Origin: Candidatus Berkelbacteria bacterium | GTDB taxonomy: Bacteria; Patescibacteriota; UBA1384; JACPKC01 | Reading direction: 5' to 3' | NCBI GenBank assembly: GCA_016187225.1 | Contig: JACPKC010000002.1 | Coordinates: forward strand, 3,387 to 67,386 | Length of the DNA: 64,000 bases | Shown: positions 17,952-27,090 of the stretch, in pieces | How positions within the stretch are numbered: position 1 is the first letter of the stretch | How the letters are laid out: each line of letters begins with the position of its first letter | The notes under the pieces: model-generated | Databases searched by the model: none | Seen by the model: the letters and a program-made list of their open reading frames with translations, nothing else | Told to the model about the DNA's origin: nothing | Program-made: the position numbers and the translations under genes

Positions 17952-19578
17952 AGCCGAAGTTTTAAGGCGAGCTTTGGCGCGGCAAGCGCCGGTGTTGGCG
18001 CTTGAAGCGCACGACGCTCCATCAGCTAAAATCGTTGAAGAAGCCGGTTTCGATGCCGTTTGGGCTTCAGGTTTGACGATTTCTATTACTCACGGCGTCC
18101 CCGATCTCGGTCTTTTAGATCGATCTGAAATGCTCACGACCGTGAAATGCATAAATGACGCCACAACCCTGCCGGTGATTGTTGATGTCGATGATGGTTA
18201 TGGCGGCATTCGAAATGTGATTCAACTTGTTAAGGAATGCGAGGCGATCGGTGTTGCGGCAATTATTATTGAAGAAAAAGGGCGAACAACCAAGGCCAAT
18301 TCCCTTGATCAAAATGCGCATCACTCTTTGGAAGAGATTGACGTTTTCTCGGCAAAACTTAGAGCCGCTAAGCAATATCAACGCTCGCCTCACTTTCTCG
18401 TGGTGGCCCGGATTGAGGCCTTGATCGCGGGTTTGTCCGTTGAAGAAGCGCTAAAGCGCGCCAATACCTATACAGATGCGGGTGCAGATGCGATCGTGAT
18501 TCACTGGAACAAAAAAGATCCCAGTTTAGTTTACAATTTTATCGATCAGTTTAAGGATCGGGTGCCGGTAATTGTCATCCCAACGAGTTATAGCCAGATT
18601 CCTGCCTCGGAACTTGCCAGTCGCGGCGTTAAGCTAGTGATCTATGCCAACCATCTAAGACGGGCCTCAATCACAACGATGCGCGCGATTGCTGCCCGGA
18701 TTCGAAATGATGAGCGCACCTCTGAAGTGGAGGCTGAAATCGCTTCGGTGAAAGATCTTTGGAATATGGTTGGCACACACGAGGTCATGGCCTACGAAGA
18801 ACGCTTACTGCGAGAAAGCAAGGCGCCGATCAATGCTCTTATTCTCGCGGCCGGAGAGACTAAGGAGCTTGGGCGAATCACCGACTTGCCGGTCGCGCTC
18901 ATGCAGATCAATAAGAAGAGTTTCCTTGAGTGGCAGGCACATGCATATCGGGCGGTTGGCGTTGAGGCGGTTGGCGTCGTGACCGGTTGGCGAGCCGAGA
19001 AAATCACTCTGCCCGGGTTTACCTATATTAAGAATCCTGACTATGCCAAAACAGGAATCTATCATACCCTTCAAAAGGCAAAAAAATTTTTGACCGCCGA
19101 GACCCTAGTGTCTTATGGCGATATTTATTTTTCGGATGATCCAGTGCGTCGCATTCTCGTTGAACTTGAGAATGGGCAAGCTGATATCGTCATCGCCGTC
19201 GACCCGAATATAAAATATGGTCTTGTCTCTAATGACAAAGAGCTGGTTATGACCGAGGAAGAAACCTCGTCATTGGGAAGTCGGATGGCGCATCTATCGG
19301 AAAAACCGCGTGTCCTCAAGGTGAGCAAGAAGCTAGTTGGCAACGCGATCGCGGGCGAGTTTATCGGTTTGGCTGGTTTTTCCAAATCAGCAATAACCGC
19401 CTTATTACTTTTGCCTGAATCTCAACCTGAAACAGACTGGCGCCAGGCGGATTTATGTGACGCGCTTAATACCTTGATTGCTCAAGGAATTCAAATTCGG
19501 GCAATTCCAGCGCCGTTCTGGTATGAAATTGATAAAACCGCTGACGTGCTTAATCTTTTAAGCACCAGTATGGTTTAG
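17932..19578 (+). CDS. pepM: phosphoenolpyruvate mutase fused to a C-terminal MobA-like nucleotidyltransferase (phosphonate cytidylyltransferase-type)
   Basis: The N-terminal 290 aa resemble characterised PEP mutases: EAGFDAVWASGL, DVDDGYGG, VARIEALIAGLSVEEALKRANTYTDAGADAIVIH, PTSY, LVIYANH. The C-terminal INALILAAGETKELGRITDLPVALMQI and GDIYFSD are NTP-transferase motifs. Confidence 0.8.
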   Translation: MATTTSKAEVLRRALARQAPVLALEAHDAPSAKIVEEAGFDAVWASGLTISITHGVPDLGLLDRSEMLTTVKCINDATTLPVIVDVDDGYGGIRNVIQLVKECEAIGVAAIIIEEKGRTTKANSLDQNAHHSLEEIDVFSAKLRAAKQYQRSPHFLVVARIEALIAGLSVEEALKRANTYTDAGADAIVIHWNKKDPSLVYNFIDQFKDRVPVIVIPTSYSQIPASELASRGVKLVIYANHLRRASITTMRAIAARIRNDERTSEVEAEIASVKDLWNMVGTHEVMAYEERLLRESKAPINALILAAGETKELGRITDLPVALMQINKKSFLEWQAHAYRAVGVEAVGVVTGWRAEKITLPGFTYIKNPDYAKTGIYHTLQKAKKFLTAETLVSYGDIYFSDDPVRRILVELENGQADIVIAVDPNIKYGLVSNDKELVMTEEETSSLGSRMAHLSEKPRVLKVSKKLVGNAIAGEFIGLAGFSKSAITALLLLPESQPETDWRQADLCDALNTLIAQGIQIRAIPAPFWYEIDKTADVLNLLSTSMV

Positions 19579-19594
19579 TTAGCAAGGAGGGTGT

Positions 19595-20758
19595 GTGGCA
19601 GTCGAACCAGTTAAATTTTGGCAAGCGCTTGAAAAAGAGAATCTCGGTCCAATTTTTCAAGTTCCATGCTCGATATTCAAAAATTTTCTGAACTTTTGTT
19701 ATGACACCGACAAGGAAGTCTACAATCCGGTTCATGAAGGCATTGCCCTAGTTCAAGCTTCGGGCGCTTATCTTGCTACCGGTAAATTGCCGATCGTGAT
19801 GCTTCAAAATTCCGGTTTTGGCAATCTTTTGAATCCCCTCACCTCATTGAATCAGGTTTATGACATCCCTGCTTTGCTGATGATGAGTTGGCGCGGAGCG
19901 GATGGTCGAGGCACTGATGCGCCGGAACATGATGAAATGGGAACCATGTTCTTAAAAATTCTTAAGGCGGCGAATGTTGCCTCTGAAATACTTGATGAGA
20001 GACATTTCGGCGAGCAAATTTATAAGTCGAGCCAACTCGCTCAAAGCCAACGTCGCCCGACCGCGTTAATTCTTAAAAAAGATTTTTTTGCGCCCTACCA
20101 AGCACGCCAATCACACATCTCTCCAGCGCAAGAATTCACACGGCATCACGTGATCTCGGTGATAAAAAATTGGTTTGGCGAGCGAGCGATTTACCTTTCT
20201 TCGACTGGCTTCCCAAGCCGAGATTCGTTTAACGTTCGCGATACGCCCGATTTTTACATCATGGGTTCAATGGGCTATACGGGCGCACTCGGCTTACATA
20301 TTGCAAAATCAAACGACCGTCCAGTTGTGCTCTTCGAAGGCGATGGCAGTGTTTTAATGCATATCGGCGCACTCGCTTCAATTGCGGCGCTTAAGCCAAA
20401 AAATCTGATCCATTTTGTTTTAGATAACGAAGCTTATGATTCAACCGGTTTCCAGCCATCGCTAAGCAAAGGCATCGATTTGTGTAAAATTGCGGAAGGT
20501 TTCGGCTACACGTATACATTGAACGTTCGTGAAGAAAATGATTTAAGGACTCTTCTCGCAACCGTGGAATCAATTAAAGGACCGATCTTGATCCGCGTCA
20601 AGGTGGGGCAGGTTCATACAAAGACTGGCCAACGCGTTTCGGATAAGTATTCTCCAGTTCAGATTACAGATCGTTTTATGGAGAATTTGCGATCTGGCTA
20701 TCTTGGCATTCAAGAGTCAGGCAATCAAGCGCGTGACGTGGTTGAGGTTAATGTCTAA
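19595..20758 (+). CDS. ppd: phosphonopyruvate decarboxylase (thiamin-diphosphate enzyme; sulfopyruvate decarboxylase is the closest alternative)
   Basis: 387 aa. ThDP motif GDGSVLMHIGALASIAALKPKNLIHFVLDNEAY (GDG-x26-NN). Positioned directly after pepM. Confidence 0.7.
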   Translation: MAVEPVKFWQALEKENLGPIFQVPCSIFKNFLNFCYDTDKEVYNPVHEGIALVQASGAYLATGKLPIVMLQNSGFGNLLNPLTSLNQVYDIPALLMMSWRGADGRGTDAPEHDEMGTMFLKILKAANVASEILDERHFGEQIYKSSQLAQSQRRPTALILKKDFFAPYQARQSHISPAQEFTRHHVISVIKNWFGERAIYLSSTGFPSRDSFNVRDTPDFYIMGSMGYTGALGLHIAKSNDRPVVLFEGDGSVLMHIGALASIAALKPKNLIHFVLDNEAYDSTGFQPSLSKGIDLCKIAEGFGYTYTLNVREENDLRTLLATVESIKGPILIRVKVGQVHTKTGQRVSDKYSPVQITDRFMENLRSGYLGIQESGNQARDVVEVNV

Positions 20759-21852
20759 TGCCCTGGTCGTACCATCTGCCTACACAGATCACGTTCGGTG
20801 AAGGCGTATTTCGCGATATTGATCGGTGGTGGTTAGCTAAACTGGGGCGGCGTGTCGGCTTGATCACGAGTCCATCTCAACAAGCGCGGGCGGTTGAACT
20901 TAAGGTTTGTGCGCGTTGGGATAAGATTACTTCCAACCCATCGGTTGCGACGCTTCAATCTTTGATTAAATGGGTTAAGTCAGAATCCCTCACCGGCCTA
21001 GTTGCTCTTGGCGGCGGCAGTGTGATCGACAGCGCCAAGGTTGCTTCAGTCCTGGCTTGCCAAGACATCTCACTTGTTGAAGCGCTCACCCGAAAAACTC
21101 AATTAGTCGCTCGACACTTGCCACTTATTGCTTGCCCGACCACTGCCGGCACAGGCGCAGAGGTTACGAAATGGGCAACGGTTTGGGGCGACGATCTTCG
21201 CAAGTATTCATTTGAGCATGAACTTGCTTATCCACTTCAGGCGGTCATCGACCCAGAGCTGACTTATTCATTGCCCCGTCAAATTACGGCCTCAACCGGC
21301 TTGGATGCATTTGCGCAAGCGATCGAAGCCTATTGGTCGCGTAATACTCAACCGCTCTCGCAAACCTTGGCGCTTCGTGCGATCGAGCTGATTTACGCCA
21401 CTTTGCCAAAAGCAGTCGATCAGCCAAAAGATGGCACAGCGCGTCACGACATGGCGCTTGGCTCGCTCTTGGCCGGACTCGCCTTTACCGGCACGCGCAC
21501 AACGGCCTGCCACGCCATTTCTTATCCAATGACCGCTCATTTCGGTGTGCCGCATGGCTTTGCCGTTGCTCTCACTCTTCCAAACATGCTCCGTTTCAAC
21601 GCCGAATCCTTCGTCAATTTTTCTACGTTCGTGAAGGCACTAGATGCAGATTCGATCGAAGCGGCCGCGAAACGCATTGAGCAGTTGATGCAAGTAGTAG
21701 GCGCGCCAACTACTTTAGCCGCCGCCAAGGTGCCTAAAACAGGCTTGCAAACTATTCTTGATGAGGGCTTTCATCCCGACCGCGTTATTCACAATCCTCG
21801 CGAACTTGACAGACAGTCGTTATCCGAGATGCTAACTAAAATTGCAAACTAG
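20758..21852 (+). CDS. group III iron-containing alcohol dehydrogenase (candidate phosphonoacetaldehyde reductase giving 2-hydroxyethylphosphonate)
   Basis: GGGSVIDSAKVAS and the Fe-ADH His cluster HAISYPMTAHFGVPHG. Start overlaps the ppd stop. Confidence 0.65.
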   Translation: MPWSYHLPTQITFGEGVFRDIDRWWLAKLGRRVGLITSPSQQARAVELKVCARWDKITSNPSVATLQSLIKWVKSESLTGLVALGGGSVIDSAKVASVLACQDISLVEALTRKTQLVARHLPLIACPTTAGTGAEVTKWATVWGDDLRKYSFEHELAYPLQAVIDPELTYSLPRQITASTGLDAFAQAIEAYWSRNTQPLSQTLALRAIELIYATLPKAVDQPKDGTARHDMALGSLLAGLAFTGTRTTACHAISYPMTAHFGVPHGFAVALTLPNMLRFNAESFVNFSTFVKALDADSIEAAAKRIEQLMQVVGAPTTLAAAKVPKTGLQTILDEGFHPDRVIHNPRELDRQSLSEMLTKIAN

Positions 21853-21860
21853 GAGGTTGG

Positions 21861-22598
21861 ATGCAGGCTTTAATCGTTGCGGCGGGCCGTTCGTCTAGAC
21901 TCTATCCGTTGACTCTCAAGACTCCGAAAACCCTGCTGTCGGTTGGCGAAGCGAGTTTAATTGAACGGTCGGTTCAAGCGTTGACTGCGGTTGGCGTTGA
22001 TCGGTTAGTGGTGATAACGGGCTTTGAAGCCGAGCAGATTGAATCAGCCTTGGGCGATCGGGCGAGCTACGTTCGAAACGAAAACTTTGCCACAACCAAT
22101 AATTTGGCAAGCTTACTGATTGGATCGCAAGCGCTTGATCTGTCAGAACCCTGGCTCTACCTTCATGCCGATTTAATTTATCATCCGCGCTTACTTGAAA
22201 ATACATTAAAAGCGCCGGGTGAAGTGGTTTTCTTAGTTGACCAACAGTCAATCGGCGAAGAAGAAATGAAAGTTCGGATCAAGGATGGGCGAATTATTGA
22301 AGCCAACAAGGCGATTCCGCTTAAGGAAGCCGCTGGTGAATGGACGGGAATTATCAAGTTTAATCCAGAGGGTGCGGCATGGTATCTGCCAGCGGTCGAG
22401 AAAGCAGTCGCGACTGATCCAACCAAATATGACTGCGTGGTCGTTCGTGATCTTGCCGCCGCCGGATATACAATTAGCGTTGCCTCGACTGAAGGCTTAC
22501 CGTGGCGCGAGGTTGATTTTCCAGAAGATCTTGCCGCCGCCCGGGAGATCGCCAAGGAGATTCCATGGCCAGTTCCATCCCTTCAGTTCGCGAATTGA
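21861..22598 (+). CDS. MobA/LicC-like nucleotidyltransferase (second cytidylyltransferase candidate)
   Basis: MQALIVAAGRSSRLYPLTLKTPKTLL...VDRLVVITG. Confidence 0.6.
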   Translation: MQALIVAAGRSSRLYPLTLKTPKTLLSVGEASLIERSVQALTAVGVDRLVVITGFEAEQIESALGDRASYVRNENFATTNNLASLLIGSQALDLSEPWLYLHADLIYHPRLLENTLKAPGEVVFLVDQQSIGEEEMKVRIKDGRIIEANKAIPLKEAAGEWTGIIKFNPEGAAWYLPAVEKAVATDPTKYDCVVVRDLAAAGYTISVASTEGLPWREVDFPEDLAAAREIAKEIPWPVPSLQFAN

Positions 22599-23329
22599 TT
22601 CCAATTATTCAAAAACGAAACTACGAGACCGCGACTACTTTTCAACTTGTTCATTTTCGTATTTCTCCTTACCTAACTCGCATCCTTTTGATGTTGAACA
22701 TCTCTGCTAATGCGACGACTCTAATCGCGCTCTTAATTGGTCTTATGTCGGTGTTTGCGCTTGTGCGACTGGTCAATAGCCCGCATCTTGTTTTAATTAG
22801 CGCACTGCTTTTTCAACTTCATTACCTGTTTGATTGCTCCGATGGTGAAATTGCTCGATTTCGCAAAACCCAAAGCCCGGCTGGCAAGTACGCCGACCTA
22901 TTTTTGCACCTTTTTGTTTACCCGATTTTTTTCCTTTCGATGGGTTGGGGGGCAACGAATGCGACTGGGAATCCATATTTTTTGCTTCTAGGCGGGATCA
23001 GCGCGGTTGGAGCGCTCTGGTACGACCACCTCTGGTTCGATTCTGGGCCGGATCCGGCATCCTTGACTCCAGTCAAAATGCCAAGCGTGACAATCGCAAA
23101 AAGAAAGTCAGCCCTAACTTTATTCATTGAACGGTCGTCGATTGTATGGAGCTTTCCCCTAATTGCTAATGTGTTTGGTCTTGTTGGAGTTTTGGTAAGT
23201 GCGTTAGGTAGCCTTGAACCGCTCTTTTGGTTTCTTTGGTTCTACGGCATTTCGTATCCGCTCTTCAGTGTTTTTACTGCTTGGCGCGTTCATCGCAATC
23301 TCGTAAAAACTTATGCTAAGCGCTCATAG
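22565..23329 (+). CDS. membrane CDP-alcohol phosphotransferase family protein
   Basis: DCSDGEIARFRKTQSPAGKYADLFLH matches DG-x2-AR-x8-G-x3-D-x3-(D/H). Five or six TM segments. Confidence 0.55.
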   Translation: MASSIPSVRELIPIIQKRNYETATTFQLVHFRISPYLTRILLMLNISANATTLIALLIGLMSVFALVRLVNSPHLVLISALLFQLHYLFDCSDGEIARFRKTQSPAGKYADLFLHLFVYPIFFLSMGWGATNATGNPYFLLLGGISAVGALWYDHLWFDSGPDPASLTPVKMPSVTIAKRKSALTLFIERSSIVWSFPLIANVFGLVGVLVSALGSLEPLFWFLWFYGISYPLFSVFTAWRVHRNLVKTYAKRS

Positions 23330-23389
23330 CCGCACCAGTATATCTGGTTAGCATGCGCCCGATCATGCCTCAAGCACCTGGGAGTTTAC

Positions 23390-25078
23390 ATGGCTCGCGA
23401 GCGGAAACAGAAAAAACCCATTCTTGTAATTCTTGAGGACCCGACTTGTCTCGATCGCATCCACAATGCAATTCATCCTCATGAACAAGACCAGATACTC
23501 TATTTGCCTCTGAATGATTCAAGTTATCGAGCGCTTCAGTCGGCCAATTTGCCAAGTGTCGATCTTACCTCGCTTCAATGGAAGTCGTTTATTGGCATGG
23601 ATGATGAGGCTAGAAAACTTGCTCGTATTTCTATAAACAAAAATAAGAAGGTTTTGCACGGTCAAGAGATTACCCAAGTGCTTGAGTGGCCGCTAAGTTA
23701 TCTCTTTGCGTATCTATTAAAAAGAATCTGGATAATCGATTGGGCAATTCGAAGTTACAAGCCAGGCCAGATTATTTTTTGTATTCCAAAAAACAAGTTC
23801 CAACTTTCAGATGATCTATCATTTTCAGAATCAAGTTTAATCGGAAGTCGTTTAGCGTTGCTTTTGGCGCGCCGGAGTTCTCTGCCGTACAAAATGATCC
23901 GGGTGCGACAAAAAATGGCCTTTGATTTCCTCCGACCTCTCCGTTTAATATACCGTTGGTGGCGCTCGCAACGCTTCCCAGAAATCCCGTTGAAGCGGTT
24001 TGATGTCTTGGTCGCTCCAGCCGTAAAAGAGGCATCCTTTTCAGCGTTCAAGGGCAAAAATATCAACAGACTGACAAGTTATGGCTTACCTCTCCCTCTT
24101 TTTTCGCATGAACAGTTTCAATTTCCGCCGCTTCGTTACAGAGGCATATCGCTTAATTCGATTTTGAATTCCACAGCTAAGCAGGTTGGTCGAACGTTGC
24201 GGAGTTATCGCGCGTTTTTCGAGCGTGTTTCGGCCGCTCTCGCTTTTGCTCATGCCGAATTTGTAATTGCGAGCGAAGACACCAGCGCTTTTGGAAAATC
24301 TCTTGTTCTTGCCGCTAAATCCCAAGGGATTCGTTCAGTGGTTAGCCAGCATGGGGTCACAGGTCACCCGATTGGTTTTATTCCACTCACGGCCGATAAG
24401 TTTATGGCGTGGGGGCAAATTTCGCGAGATTGGCTAATAAAACACGGAGTGCCAGCTAAACGAGTGAGTGTTACAGGGCATCCAGCGTTTCAGGCTCATC
24501 AGGTTGATAGAACTCGTCGAGCTATACATCGAACGAACGTGAATAAAATGTTGAAGTTAGCGAGCAGGGCAAAATTAGTTGTGCTCACCACGCAAGTGAT
24601 TGAGGAACGATACTGTTTCCCTAATTATCATGTAAATTGGTGGGAAAATACGCCGTTTATTCAGGACGTAATCAACGCTGTGCTGGATATTGATTTAGCG
24701 GTTTTAGTGATCAAACCTCATCCCTCGGATGAAGGAATGGAAAAAATTATTGAAAGCTTAATCACTCGCGAACGAGTCAAGATTGTGCGGACGATACCGA
24801 CGCCAGAATTACTCGAAGCCGCTGATGTGGTGGTTACAGCTTGGTCAACGACTGGTCTTGAAGCTCTCGCCGTTGGGACGCCGGTCGTGTGGCATAACCC
24901 AGCGCGTCGGCCTGACTATCTCGGCTATCGTCCGTACATGAAGCATATTGAGGCGAAGAATCCACTCGAACTCACTGCGCTTATCCGCCAGGCAATCAAA
25001 TACCCGCTTCATTACCTCAAATCAGCTAAGACTGTAGAATATCTTAAGGATTACTTCAGCGTTCCACATCTCCATTAA
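23390..25078 (+). CDS. GT-B-fold transferase, TagF/CDP-glycerol glycerophosphotransferase-like candidate
   Basis: The C-terminal half has VLVIKPHPSDE...VVTAWSTTGLEALAVGTPVV, reminiscent of Glyphos_transf/capsule phosphotransferases. The N-terminal half is unassigned. Confidence 0.35.
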   Translation: MARERKQKKPILVILEDPTCLDRIHNAIHPHEQDQILYLPLNDSSYRALQSANLPSVDLTSLQWKSFIGMDDEARKLARISINKNKKVLHGQEITQVLEWPLSYLFAYLLKRIWIIDWAIRSYKPGQIIFCIPKNKFQLSDDLSFSESSLIGSRLALLLARRSSLPYKMIRVRQKMAFDFLRPLRLIYRWWRSQRFPEIPLKRFDVLVAPAVKEASFSAFKGKNINRLTSYGLPLPLFSHEQFQFPPLRYRGISLNSILNSTAKQVGRTLRSYRAFFERVSAALAFAHAEFVIASEDTSAFGKSLVLAAKSQGIRSVVSQHGVTGHPIGFIPLTADKFMAWGQISRDWLIKHGVPAKRVSVTGHPAFQAHQVDRTRRAIHRTNVNKMLKLASRAKLVVLTTQVIEERYCFPNYHVNWWENTPFIQDVINAVLDIDLAVLVIKPHPSDEGMEKIIESLITRERVKIVRTIPTPELLEAADVVVTAWSTTGLEALAVGTPVVWHNPARRPDYLGYRPYMKHIEAKNPLELTALIRQAIKYPLHYLKSAKTVEYLKDYFSVPHLH

Positions 25079-25375
25079 ACTGACAAATATTCGTTGCCAT
25101 ACCCGAGGCACTCTTCATCCAGCAACTCGAAGGACCTCAACCCTGGATGGGCCTGGGTTCGATTGCCTGGGTCGGGCCAGAGATTGAACCTTCAGGCGAT
25201 GCCGAAGGCGAGGTCGGTCGGAGACGGTGGGTCTCGATCGGAGACTTGGAGGGTGAGCTCAAGGAGCATCCAGAGCATTTTATGGGGTTTCATTACCCCG
25301 TACTGCTTTGGGCGGTGAACCTATTGAGAAAACCCGTCGCCACATCGGCGACTAACCAATAGAATCATCCAAAGT

Positions 25376-25404
25376 GAGGCGTTTTTCACGACGCCTCTTT
25401 TCTT
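25376..25404 (+). terminator. rho-independent terminator
   Basis: GAGGCGTTTTTCACGACGCCTC hairpin followed by TTTTCTT. Confidence 0.5.
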
Positions 25405-25698
25405 ATTAGAGAGAACTCGGACGTGAGTTCGGAGGTCAAATCTGCCTACTCGTAGCAAATACTCTCATGCGAATCATTAGTCTCTGCCACAGTGTGTACC
25501 AGCACCAGTCCCACATCGTCTGAAGAACGAAGTGCCGCCACAAGTTCCTCAAGGCGTACGTCAGGCGAATCTAGACAAGAGTTTTGCCGGTTATCCATAT
25601 TCCGTCAGAATGTTGAAGTGAAAACATATCCCCAGTCTACATTGGAATACACTTGATACCATTGTGCTAGATTTAAACAAAAGAGGGGAAATATTTTT

Positions 25699-26763
25699 AT
25701 GATGACTCGCGCAAGGCTTTTAAGTTTAGTAGGCGGGCTGGGTATATTGGGCCTCATGGGCGTGGGCATCGCTTTAAATAGATCAGAGGCTTCCTCAATC
25801 ACAGAGAATTTTTTTGTTCAGCCCCAAGAAGGTGTCGAAGCGCTTACTGTGACTGCGACGTATGCTGATTACCTGTTAATCGAGGGTACAGAACTTACCT
25901 TCCAGTTTGATAGGGAGACGACGATCGTTAATCCCTCGGGGCAGAACATTGGCTCTGTGAAGTATACGACCGTGACTCACCGCTATCAGAAGCCAGGGAA
26001 TTATTCCGTCAAGCTTATTGCGAAAATTCCCCTCGGAGACGGAAAGATTCTCACGAAAATAGTCCGAAAACGTGTCAAAGTAAGTAAGATCAAGCCCGGC
26101 CAATACTTTTCCATTGAACCCCCATCCGGTCTGGCCCCGCTCGGCATTAAGGCAGTGTACGCAGACTACTTCATGATTGAAGACACGAAGCTCGTCTTTG
26201 ATTTTGGAGATGGCACGGTCAGTGAGGACAGCGGAAACTACAGCAACAACACAGGCTCGGTTAAATACACTACCGCTTTTCATCGCTACAACGAGCCAGG
26301 CAAGTACACGGTTGGTCTCACGGTGAAAACACCTATCGGCGGCGATGAATTTCGTGAAAAAACCGTGAAAAAAGTGGTAAGGGTACAGCAGGGCGACTTA
26401 GTGTTACCTGTGCCGACTATTCGTAAACTCTATATGACTGGTCAGGGAACATTGCCGCGAACAGAAATAACTATTGAGCCTCGTATTCGATTGTCTGGGC
26501 GCGAAGCGCGTGGAGTATACATTGAAGGGACATCGATCACCGAACAAACTAATTTCGACGTCTGTTTGACGAATGAAGCATTCTCTCTACGAGCGGAATG
26601 CGAACAACTCGGTGTTTTTGGCACATTTAACAATAACGGTGGGTTCGACTGGTTCCTGTGGTTTCCAGACACTCTTTTCACACAGAAAGGCAACTATGTC
26701 ATCGAGGGGAGAGCACAGGGTTCAGTGCAAGCGTCAACACTTCTTGAAATTGTACGAGAATAG
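25699..26763 (+). CDS. secreted protein with two PKD-like domains
   Basis: Signal peptide, then two units ending VKYTTVTHRYQKPGNYSVKLIAK and FDFGDGTVSEDSG..VKYTTAFHRYNEPGKYTVGLTVK (PKD consensus FxDGS..H.Y..G.Y.V.L.V). Two hairpins lie downstream. Confidence 0.6.
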   Translation: MMTRARLLSLVGGLGILGLMGVGIALNRSEASSITENFFVQPQEGVEALTVTATYADYLLIEGTELTFQFDRETTIVNPSGQNIGSVKYTTVTHRYQKPGNYSVKLIAKIPLGDGKILTKIVRKRVKVSKIKPGQYFSIEPPSGLAPLGIKAVYADYFMIEDTKLVFDFGDGTVSEDSGNYSNNTGSVKYTTAFHRYNEPGKYTVGLTVKTPIGGDEFREKTVKKVVRVQQGDLVLPVPTIRKLYMTGQGTLPRTEITIEPRIRLSGREARGVYIEGTSITEQTNFDVCLTNEAFSLRAECEQLGVFGTFNNNGGFDWFLWFPDTLFTQKGNYVIEGRAQGSVQASTLLEIVRE

Positions 26764-26940
26764 TACGAACTTTCTACTTACATAACGCAACAAAAGAGCA
26801 TGCGTTCTCTTTTGTTGATGAATAGACCTGCAATTTTGTTTTAAAGAGCGCTCGCCAGGGCGCTCTTTACTTGTCTAATGCCGTGACGATACTTGGCAAG
26901 TTAAATACTCCTTGATAGCCTAACCGTGAGTTAGGAGGCG

Positions 26941-27090
26941 ATGGTGACTTTGGCACAGAAAATTGTTGCTGTTATCTCGGCACGGATCGAGTCAAAGCGA
27001 CTCGTGAAAAAAATATTCAAGAAATTGCTGGCAAGCCGCTTGTAACTTGGGCATTTGAAACAAGGCCGCGTCGCAATGTACTTACACGAT
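26941..27090 (+). pseudogene. N-terminal remnant of an acylneuraminate-cytidylyltransferase paralog (frameshift in an A7 run, then truncated)
   Basis: AGGAGG followed by ATG MVTLAQKIVAVISARIESKRLVKK, then a +1 shift gives KNIQEIAGKPLVTWAFE. About 80 percent nucleotide identity to the start of the intact gene at 27707. Confidence 0.5.

Noticed and set aside
20758-21852. Possibility that the Fe-ADH is an AEP-pathway enzyme or that MpnS/HepD-type oxygenases are present
   Set aside because: No class-III aminotransferase (AEP transaminase) and no bicupin of about 450 aa are present. The only cupin (36735..37238, 167 aa) fits an RmlC/FdtA-type sugar isomerase, not MpnS/HepD.
25094-25318. 74-aa ORF in the GC-rich intergenic segment
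   Set aside because: Alternative frame to 25147..25362 in a region more likely to be structured RNA. No RBS. Kept only as part of the candidate-sRNA finding.
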